From the IMG/VR virus record IMGVR_UViG_3300030419_007002, positions 32,001-96,000 of that record: DNA of 64,000 bases; one strand, written 5' to 3'. The notes beneath the pieces were generated by a model. The model ran no database searches. It was not told the origin of the DNA and saw only the letters and a list, made by a program, of their open reading frames with translations. The DNA comes from a virus. The position numbers and the translations under genes were made by a program. Numbering within the stretch: position 1 is the first letter of the stretch; each line of letters begins with the position of its first letter. Shown here piece after piece: positions 1-9,480 of the stretch.

Positions 1-3
1 CAG

Positions 4-1044
4 GTGTCTACAGCCTTGCTAAGGGAGGTGTACAGCAGGGGAATGGAGCCCTGCTTATTCCCTATAGGAAACGTAGATATAACCTGCCAACCGGATGATA
101 AGGACTTCTCTGACTGGATAGATACGTGCGTGAAAAAGGCTAACTCACATCACGACAGAAAAACCCCCACCCTCAAGCTGTGGCACATAAATGGTTCGCT
201 AGAGTCTTATAGCGAGAAACAAATGCTATACACCTTTTACGAGCTAGACCAACCCACCGCCATAGAAACTAATATTTTAAAAAATAATACAAAAGTTTTG
301 GTAAGCAATACAGAGGCGAAAGAAGTCTTAAACCTCAACGGGGTTGAAAACGTAAGCGTTATACCTCTGGGATTTGACAAGACTAACTTTAAGGTCTTAG
401 ATAAAAAATACTTTTCAGACAATAGGATAGTATTTAATATTGTAGGAAAATTTGAAAAAAGAAAACACCACGTAAAACTCATAAGGTCTTGGATAAAAGC
501 TTATGGAAATAACCCAAAATATTTCCTTCAGTGCTCTATATGGAATCCATTCCTGAAGCCAGAAGACAATAATAGCATCATAAACCAGATAACAGAAGGA
601 AAAAAGTTTATGAATGTTAATTTCTTAGGGGCCATGCACAAAAATTCGGTATACAATGATTACCTAAATTCATCTAGCATTATTATAGCTATGTCAGGAG
701 CAGAGGGGTGGGGGCTACCAGAGTTTCAGTCCGTAGCAATGGGCAAACACTCGGTAGTCTTAAACTGCACGGGCTATAAAGAGTGGGCAAATAAAGATAA
801 CTCAGTACTAATAGAGCCTAAAAACAAAATAGAAGTTTATGACAATATGTTTTTTAAGAAGGGACAAGACTACAGCCAAGGGAATATATATGATTTTTCG
901 GAAGAAGAATTCCTAAAGGGTTGCGAAGAGGCGGTAGCCAGATTCTCTAAAAATAAAATAAACGAAGAAGGACTAAAGCTCCAAGAAGAATTTACTTACC
1001 CCAAGATGCTAGACTCCATAATAGAGGCATCAGAAACCATTTAG
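4..1044 (+). CDS. GT-B glycosyltransferase (GT4-like), probably 5'-truncated by the window edge
   Basis: VIPLGFD, VGKFEKRK and the SGAEGWGLPEFQSVAMG nucleotide-sugar motif; frame open to position 1. Confidence 0.85.
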   Translation: MSTALLREVYSRGMEPCLFPIGNVDITCQPDDKDFSDWIDTCVKKANSHHDRKTPTLKLWHINGSLESYSEKQMLYTFYELDQPTAIETNILKNNTKVLVSNTEAKEVLNLNGVENVSVIPLGFDKTNFKVLDKKYFSDNRIVFNIVGKFEKRKHHVKLIRSWIKAYGNNPKYFLQCSIWNPFLKPEDNNSIINQITEGKKFMNVNFLGAMHKNSVYNDYLNSSSIIIAMSGAEGWGLPEFQSVAMGKHSVVLNCTGYKEWANKDNSVLIEPKNKIEVYDNMFFKKGQDYSQGNIYDFSEEEFLKGCEEAVARFSKNKINEEGLKLQEEFTYPKMLDSIIEASETI

Positions 1045-1048
1045 CAAT

Positions 1049-1402
1049 ATGCCTCTTTACATATACGTACATCCAGAAACAGAAGAACTGATAGAGATTA
1101 GGCAGAGGATGACTGATACTCACGTATACATAGATGAGCATGGAACAGAATGGAGTAGGGTATACACCGCGCCAAAAGTTTCCGCAGACACGAACTTGGA
1201 CGCTTTCTCATCCAACCAATTCTTAGACAAGAGCTATAAAAATAGCGACAATAGTAATGTAGGCGACCTTTACGATATGGCAAAAGAAGCCAGTGAAAAG
1301 CGCAAGCAAAAACTTGGATATGACCCAGTGCAACAGAAATTTTTTAAAAATTACTCCGAAAAAAGAAAAGGTCGTAAGCACCCCAATGATCCATCCAAGT
1401 GA
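1049..1402 (+). CDS. FmdB-like small protein lacking the zinc-ribbon cysteines
   Basis: N-terminus MPLYIY..PET...E..Q.M.D resembles FmdB MPxYxYxCxxC...E..Q.M.D; no Cys present. Confidence 0.5.
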   Translation: MPLYIYVHPETEELIEIRQRMTDTHVYIDEHGTEWSRVYTAPKVSADTNLDAFSSNQFLDKSYKNSDNSNVGDLYDMAKEASEKRKQKLGYDPVQQKFFKNYSEKRKGRKHPNDPSK

Positions 1403-1511
1403 AGCATACACTTACTAACATCTCACAAACAAAAAAGTTCTTTTAGAGTTTTTTTTCTTTCTTTTTCGAGCGAAACCATGTAATATTTACTACCACGATT
1501 GGTATCTAAAA

Positions 1512-3941
1512 ATGAATTCGGCCTCAAGCAAAATAAGTGTTAAAAAAAGGAACAATAGACTTCAGCAGCTAGATATAGACAAAGTAAATATATGTGCACA
1601 AAGAGCCTGCGAAGGCCTAGAAGACGTTTCCGCCAGCGAGGTGGTCATAGATGCTAACGTCCAACTTTACGACAAAATACCCACTAAAGAGATTGACAAG
1701 GCACTGATTATGTCCGCTAGGACGAAGATAGAAAAGGAGCCTAATTACAGTTACGTGGCGGCCAGATTATTATTGGGTAATATCCATAAAGAAGTTTTTG
1801 GAAGTAGCGTGGACAAAGATGCATTTGACCACCAGTATAGATTATCTTTCATAAGGAATATCAAATTATTAGTAAAAGAAGGAATACTTAATAAGAGATT
1901 ACTTGAATTTGATTTAAAAAAATTGTCAGAATCCCTTTCTCTAGAAAGAGATTATAATTTTAAATATTTAGGATTACAAATTCTCTACGATAGATATTTC
2001 CACAAGCTAGACAAACGAAGGTTAGAGTCACCCCAGTCCTTTTGGATGAGAGTCGCCATGGGATTGGCTCTTAACGAAGATGACAAAGAGAAAAAAGCAA
2101 TTGAGTTTTACGAGGCTATTAGCACGTTTAGACTTTGCCCATCTACGCCTACGCTTTTTAATAGCGGAAGCGTACGCTCGCAGCTTAGCTCTTGCTACCT
2201 CAATACCTTTGATGACTCCATCGACGGTATCTTTGAGGGTGCATGGCAAGAAGCAAGAAAATCTAAGTTTGCCGGAGGTTTAGGCTTTGACGTTTCTAAT
2301 TTTAGGGCAGCTGGGTCATACATTAAAGGCACCAACGGCTCCTCCAGCGGAATAGTTCCTTGGCTTAAAATATTTAATGATCTTTTGGTTGCAGTAAACC
2401 AAGGTGGTAAACGCCCCGGTGCGGGGTGTGCGTACCTAGAACCTTGGCACTTAGACATAGAAGACTTTTTAGACCTCAAAAAGAACACTGGGGACGAACG
2501 CAGGAGATGTCACGACCTAAATACAGCGAATTGGATACCTAATCTTTTTCTAAGAAAAGTTGAAGAAGATGATGACTGGTACCTATTTAGCCCAAGTGAT
2601 ACCCCAGATCTTCATGGCCTCCATAGCGAACAATTTGACAAGAAGTACAAAAGCTATTGCTCAAAAGCCGACAAAGGAGAAATCGAAAACTTTAAAATCA
2701 TTAAGGCCAAGGACTTATGGAAGAAAATGCTTCGCTCCCTGTACGAAACAGGACACCCTTGGATGACATTCAAAGATAATGCTAACCTTAGGTACTCCAA
2801 TTACCACGAAGGCATTATTAATAGCTCTAATTTGTGTACAGAAATTTTCCTCCACACGATCCCCTCAAAATACAAGCAAGGGGAAAAAACAGAAGTGGGG
2901 GAAACCGCAGTCTGCAACTTAAGCTCTATAAATCTAAAAACACACCTAAAGAAGAATGGAAAATTAGATTTTAAACTTCTCTCTAAGAGTATATCTACCC
3001 AAATGAGGATGCTTGATAATGTAGTTGATCTTAACTTTTACCCGACGAAAGAAGCAGAGAAAGCTAACATGGCCCACAGACCCGTTGGCGCAGGAACCAT
3101 GGGATGGGCTGACGTGTTTCATTCGTATGATATAGATTTTTCCTCCAAAGAAGCGGTCAGGCTTTCGGATGAACTATATGAATTTATTTCTTATCACTGT
3201 ATCCTCAATTCAAGTAAGCTAGCGAAGGAGAAGGGAAAATACTCCTCCTACGAAGGATCAAAATGGAGCCAAGATATCTTACCTATAGATACCTATAAAA
3301 ATCTTATGGATTATTTAGGCGAAAAGCCTATTATGCATAAGGGCAGACAATATGTTTTGGAGACGGATTGGAGAGCTTTACGGGATAGTATTAGGGTACA
3401 CGGTATGCGTAACAGTAATACTATGGCTATCGCTCCTACTGCTACTATATCTTATATACAGGGCTGCTCGCCTTCTGTTGAGCCAGATTTTTCTGTTCTT
3501 TTCGTTTACGAAAACAAATCAGGAAACCTGACTATAACTAACGAGTGGTTCGTGAAGGAGTGCAAAAAACTAGGCATATGGAATAGCTCCCTTATAGAAA
3601 TGATTAAATCTGTAGACGGAAACCTTAATAATTTAAATGGAGAAATACCGGAAGAAGTAAAAGAAAAACACAGAAGGGCATTTGACCATGATCAGTTTTC
3701 TTTAATCGACAACGCCGCAGCGAAACAGAAATGGATAGACATGGGGCAGAGTTTGAATTTATTCAACAATAAAACTTCATTAAAATATTTGAATGATCTT
3801 TATATTTATGCTAATAAAAGAGGTCTAAAAAGCACGTACTACCTCAGGACAGAGTCGGCGAGTAAAATAGAAAAATCTACCACGGCAAATCAACCTGCGG
3901 CTTGCAGCATATTGGACCCAGATTGTGAAAGTTGCCAATGA
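1512..3941 (+). CDS. nrdA: Class I ribonucleotide reductase alpha subunit with N-terminal ATP cone
   Basis: VKKRNN ATP cone, PSTPTLFNSG, SSCYL, NSSNLCTEI (NxCxE), AVCNLSS, APTATIS, TYYLR, C-terminal CSILDPDCESCQ. Confidence 0.97.
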   Translation: MNSASSKISVKKRNNRLQQLDIDKVNICAQRACEGLEDVSASEVVIDANVQLYDKIPTKEIDKALIMSARTKIEKEPNYSYVAARLLLGNIHKEVFGSSVDKDAFDHQYRLSFIRNIKLLVKEGILNKRLLEFDLKKLSESLSLERDYNFKYLGLQILYDRYFHKLDKRRLESPQSFWMRVAMGLALNEDDKEKKAIEFYEAISTFRLCPSTPTLFNSGSVRSQLSSCYLNTFDDSIDGIFEGAWQEARKSKFAGGLGFDVSNFRAAGSYIKGTNGSSSGIVPWLKIFNDLLVAVNQGGKRPGAGCAYLEPWHLDIEDFLDLKKNTGDERRRCHDLNTANWIPNLFLRKVEEDDDWYLFSPSDTPDLHGLHSEQFDKKYKSYCSKADKGEIENFKIIKAKDLWKKMLRSLYETGHPWMTFKDNANLRYSNYHEGIINSSNLCTEIFLHTIPSKYKQGEKTEVGETAVCNLSSINLKTHLKKNGKLDFKLLSKSISTQMRMLDNVVDLNFYPTKEAEKANMAHRPVGAGTMGWADVFHSYDIDFSSKEAVRLSDELYEFISYHCILNSSKLAKEKGKYSSYEGSKWSQDILPIDTYKNLMDYLGEKPIMHKGRQYVLETDWRALRDSIRVHGMRNSNTMAIAPTATISYIQGCSPSVEPDFSVLFVYENKSGNLTITNEWFVKECKKLGIWNSSLIEMIKSVDGNLNNLNGEIPEEVKEKHRRAFDHDQFSLIDNAAAKQKWIDMGQSLNLFNNKTSLKYLNDLYIYANKRGLKSTYYLRTESASKIEKSTTANQPAACSILDPDCESCQ

Positions 3942-4951
3942 TGAATAAAAATGGATTATTACTAGATGGGGATACGTCAGGAGTCAACCAGATACTACCT
4001 CATAAACATAAACTCGCTTGGGATTTATTCCTTAAAGGAGTGGCCAACAATTGGTCGCCAGCGGAAATAAACATGAGCGACGACGTAGAGCAATGGAAAA
4101 ACGAGACCCTTACTAAAGATGAAAAATTACTAGTTAAAAGATGTCTTGGATTTTTTGCCGGAAGTGAGTCCTTGGTTGGCAATAACCTACTGCTTAATGT
4201 TGCGAAGTGGATAACGGACGCAGAATGCGGCCAATACATAATGAGACAAGCTTATGAAGAGTCCCTACATAACTGGACGGTAGTAACTTGTTGCGATTCT
4301 TTTTCCTTAAAAGTATCTGAAGTATATGAAGCTTATCTAAACATCCCCTCTATTAAAGCGAAAGATGATTTCTTGATGCAGATTACAACCGATATTAATC
4401 GTCAAGATTTTTCTACGAAAACCACCGAGGGGAAAAGGGAATTCTTAAGGAACCTAATAACTTACTACATTGTCTGCGAAGGAACGTTCTTCTTTAGCGG
4501 CTTCGCTATGCTTTTGGCGCTAGGAAGACAAAACAAACTCCCCGGACTATCAGATCAGATAAGATATACCCTTAGAGACGAGAGCCTACATATTCAATTC
4601 GGCACATACCTAATCAATACAATTAAACAACAATACCCATCGGTGTGGACAAAAAAATTCGAGCAGGAAACCGTAGAGCACATCAAGAAAGCTGTAGAAT
4701 TAGAAGTACAGTATGCTCACGACGTACTCCCAAGGGGTATCTTGGGGCTTAATGCTGATATGTTCGTAGACTATATGCAATATATTGGCAACAGGCGACT
4801 CGAAGGAATTGGCATCGACTTCCGATTTGACAGCGACCAGAATCCATTCCCTTGGCTTTCTGAGGTTGTCGATACGGGAGCGATGACCAATTTCTTTGAG
4901 AGAAAGGTGAAAGACTATCAGAGTTCAGGCAGTTTAGAAGACGACTTCTAA
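3938..4951 (+). CDS. nrdB: Ribonucleotide reductase beta subunit, class Ic-like (R2c)
   Basis: FFAGSESLVGNN, EESLH, EGTFFFSGF, RDESLH, C-terminal NFFERKVKDY; ATGA overlap with nrdA stop; Glu first ligand and Val at the radical-Tyr position. Confidence 0.95.
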   Translation: MMNKNGLLLDGDTSGVNQILPHKHKLAWDLFLKGVANNWSPAEINMSDDVEQWKNETLTKDEKLLVKRCLGFFAGSESLVGNNLLLNVAKWITDAECGQYIMRQAYEESLHNWTVVTCCDSFSLKVSEVYEAYLNIPSIKAKDDFLMQITTDINRQDFSTKTTEGKREFLRNLITYYIVCEGTFFFSGFAMLLALGRQNKLPGLSDQIRYTLRDESLHIQFGTYLINTIKQQYPSVWTKKFEQETVEHIKKAVELEVQYAHDVLPRGILGLNADMFVDYMQYIGNRRLEGIGIDFRFDSDQNPFPWLSEVVDTGAMTNFFERKVKDYQSSGSLEDDF

Positions 4952-4952
4952 T

Positions 4953-5684
4953 ATGATTAGCCATAAATATAAATGTATTTTTATAGAGATACCCAAAAAT
5001 GCATCCTCCAGTATATCCAAGTGGCTATACGAAAATGATACGTCGACGCTAGGCTCTCAATGCGAGCATCCCTCTAAAAATTATAAATGGATAGATGAAC
5101 ACCAATACAGAGACGGACATATTCACACTTCTGAACTCCGACACCTCTATAGAAGACACTGGGATAATTATTATAAATTTGCCGTAATAAGGAATCCCTT
5201 CGATAGAGTCTTTTCCTGCTACTCGATGTACACGAGCAAAGAATGGGAGTCTCAATACCAAAAAAACGAATTTAGCATACATGACGAACGACTATATGAA
5301 GAAGTTTCAGAATATAAAAACTTTCCTGAATTTTGCAGCGGATATCTCGATCGGATAACCATTCATTCTCTTTTCCAAAATGGAGCAAGGTACTCCGAAG
5401 TAGGAATGTATCACGGGGTTCACCTAAGAGAGCAAAGCTGCTGGGTTAACCCAACCAAAGAATGGTCTGATAATATAAATATTATAAAATATGAAAATTT
5501 AAAAGAGGAAATACAGTCCCTTTCCGATGCGCTAGGCATACCGTTCTCACGCAAAGATTTCCCTTGGGAAAATAAGAAAGGGAAAGGAAGAGGTAGCTAC
5601 AAAGGGTTTTATGACGCAGAAAGCATAAAAATAGTCAAGAAAAAATATAGATCAGATTTTTATTTTTTTAAATATAATTTTTAA
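4953..5684 (+). CDS. Sulfotransferase (Sulfotransfer_2-like)
   Basis: MISHKYKCIFIEIPKNASSSI 5'-PSB-like loop, RNPFDRVFSCY 3'-PB motif, IIKYENL, C-terminal Y..DF..F.Y. Confidence 0.85.
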   Translation: MISHKYKCIFIEIPKNASSSISKWLYENDTSTLGSQCEHPSKNYKWIDEHQYRDGHIHTSELRHLYRRHWDNYYKFAVIRNPFDRVFSCYSMYTSKEWESQYQKNEFSIHDERLYEEVSEYKNFPEFCSGYLDRITIHSLFQNGARYSEVGMYHGVHLREQSCWVNPTKEWSDNINIIKYENLKEEIQSLSDALGIPFSRKDFPWENKKGKGRGSYKGFYDAESIKIVKKKYRSDFYFFKYNF

Positions 5685-5686
5685 TT

Positions 5687-5715
5687 TTGACTTTTCCATC
5701 ATTTAATGTTATGAT
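5687..5715 (+). promoter_or_regulatory. Sigma70-like promoter
   Basis: TTGACT-17 nt-TATGAT with TGn extension, 11 nt before ATG at 5727. Confidence 0.7.
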
Positions 5716-5726
5716 TTACTCAATAT

Positions 5727-5924
5727 ATGAAGACAGTAAAATATAGTATCGCTGCAATCCTCCTGATTGGCTTTGCAGCAGGTTGTTCTAGCACCATGAC
5801 AGTTGGGCCCAGCGCCAATAAAGACGGCTATCTGGGCGCCTCAGGCTCATTATCACCCCCTGTGGGAGCGAGCGTAACTGTACCTTGGGTAAAGGCCGAG
5901 GTGAAACAAGTGGAATCGGAATAG
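5727..5924 (+). CDS. Small lipoprotein
   Basis: Signal peptide with lipobox FAAG-C. Confidence 0.65.
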   Translation: MKTVKYSIAAILLIGFAAGCSSTMTVGPSANKDGYLGASGSLSPPVGASVTVPWVKAEVKQVESE

Positions 5925-5945
5925 AACAGCCGGTATTCGACCAAG

Positions 5946-5977
5946 ACCCTAGCTTGTAATGAGCTAGGGTTTTTTTT
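5946..5977 (+). terminator. Rho-independent terminator
   Basis: Perfect 9-bp stem ACCCTAGCT / AGCTAGGGT, 7-nt loop, followed by a T run. Confidence 0.85.
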
Positions 5978-6014
5978 GTTGCCCTCTTTCTGTTTATGTG
6001 TAATATAAGATAGA

Positions 6015-6299
6015 ATGGAGCTAACTAATCTTATAGATGTAGTAACAGGAGTCTTTGCGTTAATAGCTGGCTGGGTTTTTAAGCTAGTTCTTTCGCAATT
6101 AAAGGAGATGAAAGATGAACACCAACACTTATTCATCAAACAGACAGAGGATTATAGAGAATTAACCAGTAAGGTCACAGATTTAGCAATATCCCTTCCA
6201 GATAAATACGTCAACAAAGACGACTTCAAAATGTTTGCAGAGAGAATGAACGATCGCTTCGATAGAATAGAAGAGAAGCTAGATCAACTAAAAAAATAG
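6015..6299 (+). CDS. Small single-TM plus coiled-coil phage protein (holin-like or lysis-associated candidate)
   Basis: N-terminal TM helix then YVNKDDF...RFDRIEEKLDQL coiled coil. Confidence 0.5.
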   Translation: MELTNLIDVVTGVFALIAGWVFKLVLSQLKEMKDEHQHLFIKQTEDYRELTSKVTDLAISLPDKYVNKDDFKMFAERMNDRFDRIEEKLDQLKK

Positions 6300-6316
6300 A
6301 TTCTTCTAAAAAAAAA

Positions 6317-6344
6317 TTGCCTTTTACCCATATTAGTTTATAAT
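6317..6344 (+). promoter_or_regulatory. Sigma70-like promoter, likely leaderless transcript
   Basis: TTGCCT-16 nt-TATAAT, ATG 7 nt downstream (6352). Confidence 0.6.
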
Positions 6345-6351
6345 ATGGTAT

Positions 6352-7161
6352 ATGCTATCTATTTACAGTTCTGCATTTAATTTAATTAAAAATAACTTTA
6401 ATTATAAAGATGCATTAAATAATTTTTCACACTTCGCTAACGAAGTAGTTATAGCTGTAAACAGTAGCGAAGACGACACCCTTTTGGCTCTTAAAGATTA
6501 CGCGGACGAAAGAAAGAACATAAAAATAGTAGAAACAGACTTCAGTTACGAAGACCCCCTCTTAGACGGAAAGATAAAAAACGCAGCGCTTCAAGAGACC
6601 ACTGAAGAATTTAAGATAAACTTGGATCTAGACGAAAGAATACCGATAAGGCATAGGAGTAAATGGGAAACTCTGGCTTATCAATTAAGATTTGCATCGT
6701 TTGATTCGTACTTAGTACCCAGCCTTAATTTATGGGGAAACCTGATGTCTATGCGGTGGGACGATGAAATGAATTTAAATTTTAAATGGTACCTTCACAA
6801 AGGGGGGCTCACTAGGGGCGCGGTTAACTTTGCTAAATTACCAGACGGAAAAGTAGACACGTCCAAGAGCGACACCTGCGAACTAATATATGAAGACGGG
6901 ACGCTTGTAAAAGCAGCGCATATAACCAAGGACTCGTGCCGGAGCTCTATGCAAGAATATTTAAATTTCATAGAAAACGAAGGCATCTTTGTTTTTCACC
7001 TAGGGTATGCAGATTTTTCTGACAGAGCATTAAGAAATAAAAACTTCTGGAAGAAACACTGGGAGATAGAGTCAGGAAAAGAAAATGATATCCCCACAAA
7101 AGAAAAGGATATCCCCGAGCACAGAACTTATCTTCATAACTTGAAGATGTGGGACGAATAG
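6352..7161 (+). CDS. GT-A (GT2-like) glycosyltransferase
   Basis: EVVIAVNSSEDDT, KNAAL, LDLDERI DxD motif, late HLGY motif. Confidence 0.75.
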   Translation: MLSIYSSAFNLIKNNFNYKDALNNFSHFANEVVIAVNSSEDDTLLALKDYADERKNIKIVETDFSYEDPLLDGKIKNAALQETTEEFKINLDLDERIPIRHRSKWETLAYQLRFASFDSYLVPSLNLWGNLMSMRWDDEMNLNFKWYLHKGGLTRGAVNFAKLPDGKVDTSKSDTCELIYEDGTLVKAAHITKDSCRSSMQEYLNFIENEGIFVFHLGYADFSDRALRNKNFWKKHWEIESGKENDIPTKEKDIPEHRTYLHNLKMWDE

Positions 7162-7164
7162 TTT

Positions 7165-8049
7165 ATGATTCAACTTATCTTAACTTACGGACACTCAGAA
7201 TTCACAAGGGTATGTATCGACTCTGTGTACAAGAACACGCCCAAGGATGAAATAAATTTAATAGTATGGGATAATTTTTCCGAAGACAGAATAAGCGAAA
7301 GTGACATAGACCCAGAAAACACTGTCCTAATTAAAGCTGAAAATAATTACGGAGTTTCCATCCCTATAAATTTCTTGATAAAGGAGGTGGGTCAAGCGCT
7401 GGATGATGACGTTTTTTATATATCAAATGACCACTACCTATTCCCCGGCTGGATAGACCCACTCCTAGGGAGGTCTGAGTTCAATATCTTTTGCCCTTGG
7501 ATACCGTTTGGGCTAGACGGAATAATGAACGGCTATGGCGGACAGAAACAAAGCAAGCTTATTGATTTTTGGTCGGACGAAAAAATAGACCTGCATAATT
7601 CAATAAAAGCAGAATACCTAGACCACCCAGAGTCCTCAGAAAAAATAATGAAATTTTTTAACAACATTTACCCAGACGGGGAAGATAGGTTCGTGAAGGA
7701 TAACGTACTGAGTCAAGAGCCCGTAAGTTACGGTAATGTATTGTGGATGGGATGCTTTGGGATTAAAAGGTCATTGCTAGACATAGTCCCAGAGTATAAA
7801 ACTAACGTAGGACTAGCAAGCACTGAAGATTATATATGGCAATGTGAAACTAGGGATATGCCCCAAGTTAAAATGGGCGTCTATAATCATTCCTACGCGC
7901 ATCACTTTCAGTGCATAACTGGGCAAAGGGTATCTCTCAGCATGGATCACGAACACAAGGAATTCGAAGCCACCCCGCCAGAACTGTCAGGCAGAGATAG
8001 GGAAGAAATGGACAAAGCGCTTGCTAAAATAAAAAAAATTAAAAAATAA
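7165..8049 (+). CDS. GT-A (GT2-like) glycosyltransferase
   Basis: LIVWDNFSED, ENNYGVS, ISNDH, EDY, AHH pattern of GT2. Confidence 0.75.
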   Translation: MIQLILTYGHSEFTRVCIDSVYKNTPKDEINLIVWDNFSEDRISESDIDPENTVLIKAENNYGVSIPINFLIKEVGQALDDDVFYISNDHYLFPGWIDPLLGRSEFNIFCPWIPFGLDGIMNGYGGQKQSKLIDFWSDEKIDLHNSIKAEYLDHPESSEKIMKFFNNIYPDGEDRFVKDNVLSQEPVSYGNVLWMGCFGIKRSLLDIVPEYKTNVGLASTEDYIWQCETRDMPQVKMGVYNHSYAHHFQCITGQRVSLSMDHEHKEFEATPPELSGRDREEMDKALAKIKKIKK

Positions 8050-8051
8050 TC

Positions 8052-9032
8052 ATGAAATTAGGATTAATAGGGTACGGATACTGGGGACCTAACATAGTTA
8101 GGAACATGCAAAAAATAAAAGGATTACAATTGGCCTTCGTTGTGGATAAAAATCCAGAAGCGCTCGACAAAATCCCGATGGTTACATCGATGTTTGATAA
8201 CATAGATACAGCACTGTCTAGACATGACGATGTAGATGGCGTTATCATAGCAACACCCATATCCACCCATTTCCCCTTGGCCAAAAAAGTACTAGAGGCA
8301 GGAAAAAGTGTCCTTATTCAGAAGCCTATGGCTATGAGCGTAGAAGAATGCGACGAACTAACAGACATGGCGAAATCGAAAGGCTTAACCATAATGATAG
8401 CGCATACATTTTTATTTACTGGCGCAGTAAGAAAACTTAAAGACCTAGCAGACTCCAATCATTTAGGAAACTTAAAACATTTCGATTCCTGCAGGGTTAA
8501 TCTAGGATTATTCCAAAGAGATTCTAATGTGGTTTGGGATTTAGCTCCCCACGACTTTTCTATCCTGAGTTATATAATCGGGGATGAAAAACCGCTTTTT
8601 CTTTCTGCGGTCGGGTCCACGCATACGCCGAAGGGGAACGCTGACGTAGCGAATATATCAATTCAATATGAAAATGGGTTTTCTGCGCATATCCACATAA
8701 GCTGGTTCTCTCCTATTAAGGTGCGTCAAATTTTGCTTAATGGAGATGAGCGGATGGCCGTATATGACGACAACAAACCCTCCGAAAAGATAATGGTTTA
8801 CGATAAGGGGGTAAATTACGCAGATAGCGTTTTCGATTATCGAGTGGGTGATATGTTCTCCCCAAAACTACCAAGCTCTGAGGCAATTGAGCAAGAGATA
8901 GAACACTTTTGTGAATGCATTCAGGGGGCAGAATGCATATCGGGCCCAGACCTAGGGAGGAAAGTTGTTGGGTTAATAGAGGCAACCAATAAGTCAATAG
9001 GGCTGAAAGGAGAACCTTTCGATGTACAGTAG
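8052..9032 (+). CDS. Gfo/Idh/MocA NAD-dependent oxidoreductase (WbpB-like NDP-sugar 3-dehydrogenase)
   Basis: GYGYWG Rossmann motif, ATP..THF, QKP, WDLAPHD. Confidence 0.9.
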   Translation: MKLGLIGYGYWGPNIVRNMQKIKGLQLAFVVDKNPEALDKIPMVTSMFDNIDTALSRHDDVDGVIIATPISTHFPLAKKVLEAGKSVLIQKPMAMSVEECDELTDMAKSKGLTIMIAHTFLFTGAVRKLKDLADSNHLGNLKHFDSCRVNLGLFQRDSNVVWDLAPHDFSILSYIIGDEKPLFLSAVGSTHTPKGNADVANISIQYENGFSAHIHISWFSPIKVRQILLNGDERMAVYDDNKPSEKIMVYDKGVNYADSVFDYRVGDMFSPKLPSSEAIEQEIEHFCECIQGAECISGPDLGRKVVGLIEATNKSIGLKGEPFDVQ

Positions 9033-9480
9033 AGTCAAGGATTGCAAGCTGGGCATGGGAGTATCCGTGCATAACTATGTAAATGTTTATGGTTGCGAAA
9101 TCGGCGGGAACACTACTTTAGGATCATATGTAGAAGTGCAAAAGAACGCCAAGATAGGTAAAAATTGTAAAATTTCTAGTCATTCATTTGTGTGTGAGGG
9201 CGTGGAAATAGAAGATGAAGTTTTTGTAGGCCACGGAGTTATGTTTATTAACGATAAAAAACCAAAAGCCTGTAATGTCGACGGATCCAAGCAAAGGGAT
9301 GGCGATTGGAAGCTAGAGAAAACCATCGTAAGGAAAGGAGCATCGATAGGATCAAACGCAACTATTTTATGTGGCATAGAGATAGGCGAAAGCGCAGTGG
9401 TAGGCGCTGGGTCAGTAGTAACAAAAGACGTGCCCCCTAATTCTATCGTTTATGGAAATCCAGCGAAAACTAAACAATGA
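9022..9480 (+). CDS. Hexapeptide-repeat N-acyltransferase (WbpD/FdtC-like)
   Basis: LbH repeats, GVMFIND, GASIGSNATILCG, GAGSVVTKDVP..GNPA. Confidence 0.9.
   Translation: MYSRVKDCKLGMGVSVHNYVNVYGCEIGGNTTLGSYVEVQKNAKIGKNCKISSHSFVCEGVEIEDEVFVGHGVMFINDKKPKACNVDGSKQRDGDWKLEKTIVRKGASIGSNATILCGIEIGESAVVGAGSVVTKDVPPNSIVYGNPAKTKQ

Noticed and set aside
1431-1466. Possible terminator between the FmdB-like gene and nrdA
   Set aside because: The stem is weak and A/T- and G.U-rich; cannot be distinguished from AT-rich intergenic sequence
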